Assembly: GCF_036588685.1 (NCBI RefSeq)
Contig: NC_086375.1
Location: forward strand, 4,464,001 to 4,528,000
From: Mytilus trossulus
Taxonomy: Eukaryota
Length of the DNA stretch: 64,000 nucleotides
Direction: 5' to 3'
Made by a program: the position numbers and the translations under genes. The notes below the pieces were generated by a model. The model did not search any database and had not been told where the DNA came from. It worked only from the letters and a program-made list of their open reading frames with translations. Below, piece by piece: positions 26,351-39,183 of the stretch (positions within the stretch are counted from its first letter, which is position 1; every line of letters starts with the position of its first letter).

Positions 26351-27637
26351 TAGACAGCAAATAAAAAGAACACAATACATGGTCAAATTCATTGCTGACC
26401 TGCTCTTATCAAAGCTAAATTTATACAACATAAAAGCTACAATAATATACATGTATTTAAATCAGTTCTTATATAAAGAAATTAACAGTCTTAACTGCTG
26501 TAACTTTCTATACATGTAAGACAAAAAATAAGACAAAACAAATACAGATAACCAAGCATTGCACTCTACATTTGACAAACCCAATAATCAGGAAATGCAA
26601 GTAGGAGGGTCTGAAAGGGGTTTATAGTGAAGAGAATAAGCAGCCAATACTATGTAGAGAAAAATGGACATAAAGAATAAGGAAAAATTGACCAAGAATA
26701 CTAAAGAGAGCGAGAAAAATAGGCCAAGAACACTAAAAAGAGAGAAAAAAAGGGTAAAAAACACTAAAAAAAAGGAGAAATGGGGTGCTTTTAAATATAA
26801 AGAATAAGAGAAATGTGACCTAAAAAAAAGAAGAACCTTATCAATTTTGTATCCTTTTTTTATTTCTAAAATATTAAATAGACATGATTTTAGCAAATGG
26901 TGAAAAGCAGCAGAAATTACTGTGCTAGAAAGTCAAATCACTATATGAATAATAATTGAGGTTATTAATGACCTTGACTGGCTATTAAAGCTCTCATGTG
27001 GTGGCTTAACACTACAGAGAGTTTGCTGAAGACAAGTTTGATTTCAAAAATAAAAATTTTTAGGGTTTGAAATTAAATGGCATGGCTATATGAAGAGCAA
27101 AGTGAGGTTTTGAAATTTTAATTTTAATGTAAAATTCTATGTATGTCATGGGAATACCAAATTTTAACAGTTTGACTTTGAATTAATGTTATTAAGATAA
27201 AACGATAGATACGTAATTGCATTGCCGTACCAATATATTCCAATGTTTTAACCTTTTTCCCTTGCTTTTGAAAGAGGATATTTTTGCCCCCTAAGAAATC
27301 AATGGAATCCTGATTTGACTCTGTGATCACTTATTCAGAAAACCTTTAAAACAAGAAAAAAAGAGAATACAATAGAAGGACATGACACACAAAATCGTTT
27401 CATGCTCGGCAAAAAATCCACACAAAAAACAAAGTGCCAAAGTCACAGTGCTTTTATTGCCGTTCTTTATCTCAAAGTCACAGTGAGGCCTTCAACATGA
27501 ATAAAGTCTAGATTCTAATTATAAACAGAAAGAAGTAAGGTAATAAATGTAAAAAAATCACATAAAATGCATCACAGCACATTTTGAAATTTAAATACAT
27601 GCATTAATCTGGTAAAATAATTGTCAATAGTACATTA

Positions 27638-30600
27638 TTATTCCGACAGCTTCAACCTTGTCCGTGGTTTACTAACTGTGTGTAATCTAGGAGAAAATCT
27701 CAGTTTTTTCGATGAAACTGTCTGTTTTTCTATTTTCTTTGATGGTGTAGTCTGTAAAGTGTTCATTTTTGATGAATTATTTCTTTTTATTTTCATCACA
27801 GCTCGTAAATTCTCTGCTTTTGTTACTTCTCTTCCAGAGGTCTGAAAGAAAAAAAGTTTATTATTTTAATCTATTTATTCTAGAACAGTGAGAATATGCA
27901 TATATCCTAATAATTCAAAAAAAAGGCAAGCACTTGGTGTGTTTCAAACGTCTTATCCTAATGCTAGCCATTCAGGTTAGAGGTTTTGGTTTACTTGCTT
28001 GCTTTGTATAAATGTTTGCTCTAATAATATTGTAATTAAGATTGACATATGCTATCAATGTATAGATAAGGCTTCAGCTTGCATACATTTTATTTACAGA
28101 TGTTATTGGAAGTTAAGCAAGTTTACAAGTTGGAGCCCTGTCTATCTATTGACTGAAGATGTCAAGCTTGAGCAAACATTTATACAACACAAGCAAACCA
28201 ACCAAACCCTTTAACTTGCTAGCATAAGGAGAACAGCCTTATTTCGTGAACACACAAGCCCTGACCCCTAGCAAATGAGAGTACATTTGGTAGGATAAGA
28301 ATTATTGTCTAGGAGAGGACAACATTTTTTCAATGATTTTTATAGCGTGCTGTTAGTTTTTCTTTGGCATGGGCAAATGTCTTAATCAACAGCACATGGA
28401 TACAATAAACCATGTTGATCTTTATATACATGTAGTTGAAATTGATTAATTATTTCAGACTTAATACCCCTGTGATAATATGTCATACAAATTCAGGATG
28501 AGAACTTATCAACAATTGATACAATAGGCTATGATGGGTAAATGTACATGATGTAACATAGACTATATTAGTCTTGGAGGTGTTTCTTTTAAATTTGGTT
28601 CATTTGTATTTTCCAGAGTTTAGCCTGGCGCCCATTTCTCTGATCTACATGTAGTAAACTTTATTGTTATGCGAGAAGCCTGTCTCCAGGTGCAGGATTT
28701 TTTCTTGGGGTTGAATACCCATTGGTGACCGTAAGACTATTTTCTACTCTTTGGTTGGGTTGTCTTTTTGGCACATTCCGCTTTCCTTAGGTGAATAAAT
28801 TGACTTCAAATAAGGAAATGTAAATATTAATGCATGTCTGAAATGATGCAAATGTCTAGTCATATAACATTCAATAATGGATATTTTTCTGGTGACATTT
28901 TACGGCTAGTGACATGGAGAATTTCAATTGCAAGAAGACATTGTTAATTTTAGAATACAATTTCTTGTTTCTGTGTAAAAATAATATAAATTGTTGGGTT
29001 CTTCAAGCATGTACAAATGCATTCTTTTGCTGTCTAGTTTGAATTTGCCTTGTAAGAATCTAAAGGACTATGGGTAATCTTATTGTTTGTACACTAATAT
29101 AATAAAGTCAAGTCATTGGTCGAATTTTCATGGTTGAGTACGTTATAAACCAATCATAATTAGGTATGGTGTACACTTTTGAAAGTATTACCCATAATGC
29201 AGTCCTAGATTCTGGAAAGACGAATTATTTGAGTAAAATCTGTACATACCTTTAGTATTGATGACAATGTAGATTCTGTGTCTTTCAAACGATCTAAAAC
29301 TTCCTGTGACGACAACACATTATCTGGTAGGGGTAAAGGCTCTGTTTTAGGGTTACATATTACCTTCAACTGGCCCTAAAAAAAAGAGTCAAATTTACTT
29401 CAATAACAGTAAACACATTAAATGTAATCACATGTCCCTGCCAATGCATATATTTTATTAGTTCTATAGCAAGAATTGAAAGATTACCCAGGACTTGATA
29501 TGAAATGTCCCTCAACAAAAAGATGCAGTCAAATAATAACAAGAGTGCACACGCTGAAATGTCTCGCCTTCTGTACTAATCATTGATATTATGTTGAAAG
29601 TCCTAAGTATAATGCTTTATTACAACTGTCACATTAACTTAACATTAATTAAGATAACTAAACAAAGACCAATGAACCTTGAAAATGAGGTCAAGGTCAG
29701 ATGAACCATGCCAGGCAGACATGTACAGCTAACAGTGCTTCTATACAATATATATAGTTGACCTATTACTTATTGTTGAAGAAAAATAGACCAAAACACA
29801 AAAACTTAACTCTGTGCAATGAACCGTGAAAATGAGGTCATTGTCAAATAAAACCTGCGCAACTGACATAAAGATCATAAAATATTTCCATACACCAAAT
29901 ATAGTTGACCTATGGCATATAGTATTAGATAAAAATACCAAAACTCAAAACTAACTATAAGTTATAACCACCGAACCATGAAAATGAGGTCAAGGTCAAA
30001 TGACAACTGCCAGTTGGACATGTATACCTTACAGTCCTTCCATACACCGAATATACCAGCCCTATTGTATCTGAGATATGGACTTGACCACCAAAACTTA
30101 ACCTTGTTCACTAATCCATGAAATGAGGTCAAGGTCAAGTGAAAACTGTCTGACAGACATGAGGACCTTGCAAGGTACGCACATATCAGATATAGTTATC
30201 CTATTACTTATAATAAGAGAGAATTCAACATTACAATAAATCTGAACTTTTTTTTCAAGTGGTCACTGAATCATGAAAATGAGGTCAAGGACATTGGACA
30301 TGTGACTGACGGAAACTTCGTAACATGAGGCATCTATATACAAAGTATGAAGCATCCAGGTCTTCCACTTTCTAAAATATAAAGCTTTTAAGAAGTTAGC
30401 TAACGCCGCCGCCACCGTTGCCGCCGGATCACTATCCCTATGTCGAGCTTTCTGCAACAAAAGTTGCAGGCTCGACAAAAATGGACAAATGAAATGCAAT
30501 ATACCCTTGTTTACCATTTATGTGTGGTCAAGACTGAAATGTATTGAAAATCTACATACATTTTTTACATTTGTCATTTTAGGACCTTTTATAGCTGACT

Positions 30601-33600
30601 ATGCAGTATGAGCTTTGCTCATTGTTGAAGGCCTTATGGTGGCCTTATGGTGACCTACAGTTGTTAATTTCTCATCACTTGGCGTCAGTCTTCGTTGTCC
30701 TGCGGTTACTTTTACAAAAATCTTCTCTGAAACTACTGGGTCAAATTTAACCATACTTGGCCAGAATCATCATTGGGGTTTCTAGTTTTAAAAATGTGTC
30801 CAGTGATACGGCCAACCAACCAAGATGGACGCCATGGCTAAAGATAGAACATAGGGGTGAAATGCAGTTTTTGGCTTATAACTCAACAAGAGGCTGTCAC
30901 AACGACAGCAAACCGGATTTATTAGCATTTATTTGTGTCCTGGCAATATCACAAGAACCATTACTGATGATTGGTGAAAGTGAAAATCGTCAATATCAAA
31001 TTTGACCTCTATTTTGTCATCAGTATCAACATATTAAAATTTGAAAAGCTTAGATTGAATGGTTTGTGAGTAAATGCAACAACGTGAATGGAAACACCAT
31101 TTTAAGATCTTTTAAGAACCATAACTCCTGAACGGTAAAAGTCAAAATCGTCATTATTGAACTTGACCTCTATTTTGTCATCAGTAACAACATATTAAAA
31201 TTTGAAAAGCTTTGGTTGAATGGTTCATGAGAAAATGCACGGACACGAATGGAAACACCATTTTTCAATCTTTCAAGAACCATAACTCCTAAACGGTAAA
31301 AGTCAAAATCGTCATTATTGAACTTGACCTCCATTTTGTCACCAGTAACAACATATTAAAATTTGAAAAGCTTAGATTGAATGGTTTGTGAGTAAATGCA
31401 ACAACGTGAATGGAAACACCATTTTAAGATCTTTTAAGAACCATAACTCCTGAACGGTAAAAGTCAAAATCGTCATTATTGAACTTGACCTCTATTTTGT
31501 CATCAGTAACAACATATTAAAATTTGAAAAGCTTTGGTTGAATGGTTCATGAGAAAATGCACGGACACGAATGGAAACACCATTTTTCAATCTTTCAAGA
31601 ACCATAACTCCTGAACAGTAAAAGTCAAAATCGTCATTATTGAACTTGACCTCCATTTTGTTACCAGTAACAACATATTAAAATTTGGGAAGCTTTCATA
31701 GAACTGTAAATGCGTAAATGCACGGACACGACTGGAAACGCCATTTTTCAATCTTTCAAGAACCATAACTCCTGAATGGTAAAAGTCAAAATCGTCATTA
31801 TTGAACTTGACCTTCATTTAGTTGTCAGTAACAACATATGAAAATTTTAAAAGCTTTGGTTGAACAGTTCATGAGTTAATGCACGGACAACATTTGATTG
31901 CCGCCCGCCCGCAAGCATCCCCAATTTAATAACCGACATTTTTGTCACAAAAATCTGGTTAAAAACCAAAGCATTAAGAGCAGTCTGAAATGGGGTAAAA
32001 GTGTTCATCAGGTCAAGATCTATCTGCCCTGAAATTTTCAGATGAATCGGACATTACTTTGTTGCCCCTGAATTGGTAATTTTAAGGAAATTTTGCCGTT
32101 TTTGGTTATTAGCTTGAATATTATTATAGATAAAGATAAACTGTAAACAGAAATAATGTTCAGCAAAGTAAGATCTACAAATAAGTCAACATGACCAAAA
32201 TGGTCAGTTTACCACTTTAGGAGTTTTTGCCCTTTATAGTCAATATTTAACCATTTTAAAAAAAATCTTAGTAATCTTCTCCTCTGAAACTACTTGGCCA
32301 AATTAAACCAAACTTGGCCATAATCATCATTGGGGTATCTGGTTAAAAAAAATGTGTCCGGTAACTAGGCCAATAAACCAAGATGGCTACCATGGCTAAA
32401 AATAGAACATGGGGGTAAAATGCAGTTTTTGGCTTATAACTCAAAAACCAAAGCATTTAGAGCAGTCTTCATGCTGAGTGGCAGTCCAGGCTTGTAAAAT
32501 TGCTTGTTATTATCTTAAATATTATTATAGATAGAGATAAACTGTAAACAGCAATAATGTACACCAAAGTAAGAACTAAAAATAAGTCAACATGATCAAA
32601 ATAGTCAATTGACCCCCTAAGGAGTTATTGCCCTTCATAGTCAATTTTTAACAATTTTTATAAAACTTTTCATTAACATTTTCCAAAGAAACTACTGTTA
32701 TAGAAAGAGATAATTTAAAGCAGCAAGAATGTTAGTAAAGTAAGATCTACAAACACCTCATCACCAACACACAATTTTGTCAAGAATCCATCTGTGTCCA
32801 TTGTTTAATATTCACATAGACCAAGGTGAGTGACACAGGCTCTTTAGAGCCTCTAGTTTATACATACAAATGTACTTACTAGTTTACATAACTGTTTAGC
32901 AGTAAGACGCGACAAACAGGACCTGTATCTTGATGGACAATGTTTCCTTTTTGCAGCTACTTCTGTGACTGTCTGATGGAGCTGATTGGTCAGTTCTCCA
33001 TTGATGTATTCTTTCTTCTCTACATCTACAGGTTCAAACTCTGTAATAATTAAATACGCCACATATTAGGTATTCTCTCTTTATCTACAGGTTCAAATTC
33101 TGTGGTAATTAAATATGCAATATATTTGGTATTCTGTAGTGGTTAATTTTTCTACTTACCTTGATTTAAGCTTAAAAGTCTAATGAAAGGAACCACTTCT
33201 TGTGTTCATCCAAGTTCAATAAGGGAGCTATATATATATATAAGCTACCATTTGATTTTTATGGATGAAAAATTGTGTCCTGCAATTTTTTGGGTTGCAT
33301 AATGCAATCTGTCATACCTTTTTATTTTTCATTCCAATTTGGGCCTATCTTTTTTAGTTTTATAAATTTGTTATTTCTGACATTTTTTTTACATAAATGG
33401 TCTTCCTACCTTTTTTTTAACTCAAAACTTATGAACCACTGTACAGTAATTACCATGTCTCATACATGTATACTGTGACTTTCGTGGTAGGCAAGACAAA
33501 AAGAGATCGTTCAAAATTAACTCTTCAGAAATAAAAAAAACAACCTGTAGAGCAAACAGTTTTTTATTTGACCTAAATATAATTCATAATAATACATAGT

Positions 33601-36600
33601 TTGGAACTAGGTCTCTAGATGAAGGAAACAGAATCTACTGATTCTTCAATTAAGCACATTATTTTCAAAAAGTTGTCTGAATGAAAATCAATGCATTGTA
33701 CAGAATTCTTACATTACAGAATTCTTACCTGTGGTATCATTACCATTACTCTCACTCCATGACTGTCCATCTATGGACACACATTCATGCAAAGCACCCT
33801 CATAAACCTGAAAGTAACAAGAACATATGAACACCTTTAAATTAAGTTTTTTCCATTTTTTTTATTGTCCCTCATTTGCGCAGACATCTCTTTCTTTCTT
33901 TTAGTCCATTGGTCATGAGACTTTGAGTACAATATATGTATCATGGATATCATGTATATATTTATCTAGTAAAATATAGGAAGGAAAAGTTTAAATTATA
34001 CAATAGCTTTTTAATTTTATATAGTTCTTAATATACATCTATAATACTAAAATTACGAGGTCCAATTTGTCAGCCGTCATCACGTAAAAACGACGAATCA
34101 AAGAATTCAACTTTATATATAACTTACTTAGTACAAAGGTGTAGATTAAAAATTACACCACTCCAGGCCCTTTTGTTTTCCACGTAATTAATATTGCCAA
34201 TAATTAAGAAGTTCCGGGTCGAGTCCTATACCAATACCAATAGTATAATCACCTGTTACTTATTACCTTATCTGTACGTTCCGCATCTGACAGGGACACC
34301 ACCAAACAGTGTTTGCAGGATTAATATGCTATATACACGGGTCATAATCACAGGGTTGACACTACTAAATTGTCAAATTGTTACCTATTGTAGTATTTTA
34401 ATCAGTAAGGCCAACCTTAAAAATATGTTTGTTTGCAGTTTTCTGACTGTACCTTCAGACTGAAGGGTCGGTAGGTAGGAAAAATATTTTATTTTATCAG
34501 CCAAAATACAGTTTAAACAAGCAGTTACACTAAACCAAGTTTCTTGTGAAGAAAAAAAAACAATTTTAAAACAACAAACACTGGACATGCTGAAAACCAA
34601 CATCAAATGAACAAGCATTTTCAGATAAGAAACTTTTTAACCAAAACTGAAACTTTAACATAGTGTCATTATCCAATTTATGACATAAAATATGGTATAA
34701 TTATTAAATTCTGGAACACTTATAAACAAGGAATGTCATAGATGTAGGAAGATGTGGTGTGAGTGCCAATGAGACAACTCTCCATCCAAATAACAATTTA
34801 AAAATTAAACCATTATAGGTTAAAGTACGGCCTTCAACACGGAGCCTTGGCTCACACCGAACAACAAGCTATAAAGGGCCCCAAAATTACTAGTGTAAAA
34901 CCATTCAAACGGGAAAACCAACGGTCTAATGACTAGAACTGTTTTAAAGAAATATTCAGACATGTATGCTACTCGACTAGAATGTTTTCATGAGAAGAGT
35001 ATTTTCATCAGAAAAATGTATATATTATAGATTTATAAGACAAGTATTAAAGAGTGTATTTTTAATAATAACAAAAATAACCATTGAATCTTCCTCAATT
35101 GAAAAAAAGGCAACTTGAAAAAAAGTATTAAGACATCCGACTGTTTTCATATTTCTAACAATATTTAATTATATGTGTCAGATAAGGTTGTATTTTTGCC
35201 AGGCTTTAATGAAAACCAAAGAAATCTAAAGTTTGGGGTAAAATCCATAGCACCCCATTAAAAGTAAATGGTCTGTACTGAAATGTAATTAATGCATAAA
35301 AAAAATTGGCAGCATAGCTCTTAAGGACATGTTTTAATAGAATCCACACAGGCCACACAGTTTGGGTATATGTAATATTGTAAGAAAGAGAATAATTGCA
35401 ATGAATGGGGCAGCCCCCCCTTATCATAAAGAAGCATACTCGTTGCAATCGAAGATAGATTTAATATAGAGAGAGTATATTTATTTTTCAAGCTAACCAT
35501 TCATTTTCTCTACATCTTTGTGTAGTTAAGGTTGCTTCTTATTGATTTGACATGATCTATATCCATTAACATTTCAAATGAGCCCTTCCTCCGTACAGGC
35601 TTGTTTACAGATATCCATGAAGATTTAAGTCACGGAGGAGTGGTTTCATCTTTGTCGTCTTCACAACGATTTGAATAAAAATATGCCATACTTCAATCTG
35701 GCGATTCTGCTGTCGAATTATTTAACCTTTGAAATTGGTTCCATAAAGTCAGGCTCCACAGATTCTGAACCCGATTTGTGTGAGACAGAATGGTTATTGT
35801 GTCAGTTATGAATATCCGCTGCATCATCGTCAATGATATCATCACACATCATTACATGTACCTGAATCTGTATAAACAGTTTACTAATAAACTTTTTTGT
35901 TTGTTATTTGTCTTGAAATTGACACGAGACTTCAGCGTAAAGTACTCCTCCGTGACTTCATGGATACCTGTAAACAATTTCCATGTGCTTTATCATTAAA
36001 TGGTCACATGAACGCTTGACGGGAAGCTAAGAAAAACCGAACTTGAAATGCGTAATTGACCCAGATTTTAAATCATTTCCGGAAAGGACCCAAAGTTCCG
36101 GATCGCTTCAATTGTGGTACCGTATAAAAAAAATTCTTCAAATTTAAAGCAATAAAATGTTCAGAGTCGGAAGGATTTTCAAGGGTCGGTCGGTAAACTG
36201 CAAACAAACAATATTTTAATTTAAGCCTAAGACATTCTAAGATAACAATACGTTTACTAAAAATCTGGACTAAAAATAAGGCGTTTAGGTACAGTTTTCA
36301 ATTTGTTAGCGGGCATGAGTGACGTAAAACAGCGAATCAAAGAATTCAACTTAATTTATAACTACATTTAATATAGGACAATGCTGTTGATTAAAAAATA
36401 CTCCATTCCAGGACTTTTTGTTTTCCAAATAGTATTTATCATGAACAATAAATGATAAGTTCCAGTTCGACGGGTTCAAACAGAAAGCAGAGAAAACTGT
36501 GTATCTTATAATCGGCATGATTTTATCAGATGACAATACTAATTCTAAAGTAAGGCCTGCGCATAGTTATATATTTTAATTCAGTCACAGACCTGCAATG

Positions 36601-39035
36601 TCATGGGTGTGTTCTAGTGTACATGTATATGAAAAAAAAACATAATCTGATGATAGCATTTCTTTGTTTACAACTAATTAAATCTCTAAAATCTGGACCA
36701 AAATCATAACATTACTGTATTTCTGTTTCTTTTTTTTAACAGATTTTGAAGTTGATATATGTTTGAATTTAAAATATCATTCATGAATACAGACTTCATT
36801 CCCATACACATATTATTAAATATGTATAATTGACCAATCACTTTTGTTTATGGAACATGACTAAAGTGATGCTTGGTCGAACATAGTCCAAAAATTTTGT
36901 CTTGGAAGGCTAATTTCATTTTTTGCTTAACACCATCTTGCGACAATTTATGGCGTCAAAGAAAAAAATTATCATAGCCTTCCAAATTGTCATAATTATC
37001 TGGACTAGGCCGAGCAGTGCCCAGCGTCAAAGAAAAAAAATTATAATAGCCTTTCAAAGACTTTATGATTATTTGGACAAACAGTCTTTAGTCTTTAGAA
37101 GTGTCAACTTGACACTATAATCTCTCTGTAATTTGAATCACACTGGTAAATTTACGTCACTTTTGTATAAAACTCATTGGTACATTTGTATTTATAATGT
37201 GGCACTGCAGAAAAAAATTTGTAAGGGTTCCGCGGAACCCAGTGTCTCGCCTACTTTTGCTGTAAATTCCAGGCTCAACAAAATCGAGGGAAAAAATCAA
37301 TAAAAATATTCTGCTTGATACTATCTTTTGATTGTAAGAAGAATCTGTCCAAGTTTGGTAAAAATCCAGGATAGTTTATGAATCTAATAAATATTTTAAA
37401 AACTTTAACTGCAGACTGGATGTAATGTTAACTGGAAGAAAAACTAAGTCCATTTATAAGTAAAATACAGATACACAGGTACAAAATATTAACAAAATTT
37501 CCTTCTTGATACTAGCTTTTGATCATAAACAAGCTTCTGTCCAACTTTGGTACAAATTAAAAATAATATACCCACAGAGTTAATGTTGCAGGCAGAAAAT
37601 CTAAGTCCATTTAAAGTAGAATACGGAAAAAATGGATTTATCGTTTTACAAATTTACTTCTGAAAACTATCTTATGATCATAAACAAGCTTCTGTCCAAG
37701 TTTGGTACAAACCAAGAATAGTTTAAGAAAGTTATTAAAATTTTAAAAACTTTAACCACAGAGTGAATGTAATGTTTTCCCACAGAAAAACTAAGTCCAT
37801 TTATAAGTAAAATACGAAAAAAACAGAATTTTATTTTTACAAAATTTACTTCTGGATACTAACTAATGATCATAAACAAGCTTCTGACCAAGTTTGGTAG
37901 AAATCCAGGATAGTTTAAGAAAGATATTAAAATTTCAAAAACTTTAACCACAGAGTGAATGTAATGTTTTCCCGCAGAAAAATTAAGTCCATTTATAAGT
38001 AAAATACGGAAAAAATGGAATTTTATTTTCACAAAATTTACTTCTGGATACTATCTTATGATCATAAACAAGCTTCTGTCCAAGTTTGGTACAAATCCAG
38101 TATGGTTTAAGAAAGTTTTTAATATTTCAAAAACTTTAACCACAGAGTGAATATTTGTGGACGCCGCCGACGACGACGCCGACGGAATGTAGGATCGCTT
38201 AGTCTCGCTTTTTCGACTAAAGTCGAAGGCTCGACAAAAATATGTAACTAATTAAATAATTAAATAATTAATTACCCAAAAAAATTAAATTAAAATTGAA
38301 TAAATAATTAACCCTTATAAAACCTTAACTATCTATTTTGTGAACCTTCCAGTATCTTTAATAAAGACCCCTAACAAATGTTGAATATCTTCTATGTGAT
38401 GTTTGTAAATATCATTTTCTGTTGTTGCTAACAATACTTCAGATTCAAGTGTTAGTTTTGCTGTTATGAAGTAGAGTGCTGAGCGGAGTTTTTCTCTAGC
38501 CTCCTCATAATTTTCACAATCCAGTAGGTAATGGTCAACTGTTTCTACTTGTCCACAGCTGCATTTGTCGATGAGTGCTGGGCATATTGTTGATTTGTAA
38601 AAGTTTAAATTGCAATATCCTGTGCCCATGATATGCCAATAGCCAAAATATTTCTCGTTTCAATATTTTTGTAGTTTTCATTTGGGAAAAATTGTTATTT
38701 TCTTTCACAGGTATCACCTGCATTATAACAAAGTGCAGGAATAAATTTTTTCCATTAGTTTAGCACCGAATAAACAACAGGTTACATAGATTATCCTTTA
38801 GTTTAAATCTTTAAAATGCCACAAAAACAAAACAAAATTCTGACTTGAAAATTATTCGAATATTTGTATGGATTGTTACCTCTTTAAAACATTTTTCCCA
38901 ATGACATTTTTGGTTTTCATTAATTTCATAAGAACTTGTTGTCGCTTCAGTAGCTGAAATTATAATCTCTTCAATCAGAACATCTGTACACTTTCTACTT
39001 TTAACTTCGATTTTCGAAGTGCGGAAATCCGCCAT
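27638..39035 (-). CDS. NSL1: Kinetochore-associated protein NSL1 homolog (Mis14, MIS12 complex), complete, 241 aa
   Basis: Exons 39035-38880, 33807-33729, 33040-32880, 29375-29250 and 27841-27638 total 726 nt with consistent phases and GT-AG. YEGALHECVSIDGQSWSE and QLHQTVTEVAAKRKHCP resemble (from memory) vertebrate NSL1 FESAVQENISINGQAWQE and QFDEIIVDIATKRKQYP. AATAAA on the minus strand at about 27453. Confidence 0.8.
29538..30481 (+). mobile_element. Helentron/pearl-like non-autonomous element with degenerate internal repeats
   Basis: Starts AACAAGAG; repeated GAAAATGAGGTCAAGG units; (GCC)n tract; terminal hairpin CTGCAAC-AAAA-GTTGCAG followed by an A-run. Confidence 0.65.
30676..32858 (-). 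mobile_element. Helentron/pearl-like element with internal duplication, interrupted by a nested element
   Basis: The segment CTGAAACTACT...GGCTTATAACTC occurs at about 30727 and 32285. Terminal hairpin AGGCTCTTTAGAGCCT. Confidence 0.55.
30887..31962 (+). mobile_element. Nested element carrying a 161-bp tandem array (about 6 units)
   Basis: Interrupts GGCTTATAACTCAAAAACCAAAGC (intact at 32431). GTCAAAATCGTCATTATTGAACTTGACC recurs at 31141, 31302, 31463, 31624 and 31785. Confidence 0.8.
34038..36617 (+). mobile_element. Second Helitron copy, split by a 1.8-kb insertion
   Basis: 34038-34408 and 36228-36617 match the two halves of the reverse complement of 19424-20185; A|TC start and CTAG|T end. 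Confidence 0.85.
34409..36227. mobile_element. PIF/Harbinger-like non-autonomous DNA transposon
   Basis: TAA TSD at 34406-34408 and 36228-36230. TIRs GGCCAACCTTAAAAATATGTTTGTTTGCAGTTT / AAACTGCAAACAAACAATATTTTAATTTAAGCC. Confidence 0.75.
37220..38240 (+). mobile_element. Helentron/pearl-like element with roughly 190-bp internal tandem repeats
   Basis: 5' hairpin GGGTTCCGCGGAACCC; GATCATAAACAAGCTTCTG recurs at about 37521, 37677, 37868 and 38060; (GAC/GCC)n tract; terminal hairpin TTCGACT-AA-AGTCGAA; same GGCTCGACAAAAA end as the 29538-30481 element. Confidence 0.7.
38333..38650 (-). mobile_element. 3' fragment of a non-LTR retrotransposon ORF2 (CCHC zinc knuckle) in NSL1 intron 1
   Basis: TGYCNLNFY...CSCGQVETVDHYLLDC...FIKDTGRF* is a typical LINE C-terminus. 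Confidence 0.75.
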
Positions 39036-39183
39036 TTTTAAATATGCCGCAATTTCATTGCGCATGCGTATTTCCGATTACAACAAATCAGGAAACAGAC
39101 ACGTATTGCTTTCGTTTTACAAACGTGCCAGTTGTTGACCTTGCACTGTTTATGTTCGAAGTCCAAAAAGAGAAAATGGCAGC
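39029..39183. promoter_or_regulatory. Compact bidirectional promoter NSL1/PHYH
   Basis: 140 bp lie between the divergent ATGs. NRF1-like TGCGCATGCGTA at 39059-39070, ETS-like CAGGAA at about 39089, and YY1-type AAAATGGC overlapping both start codons. Locally CpG-rich. Confidence 0.7.

Noticed and set aside
39044-39175. 44-aa N-terminal extension of PHYH in the ORF track
   Set aside because: It overlaps promoter motifs. The ATG at 39176 has a strong context and places the PTS2 at the N-terminus.
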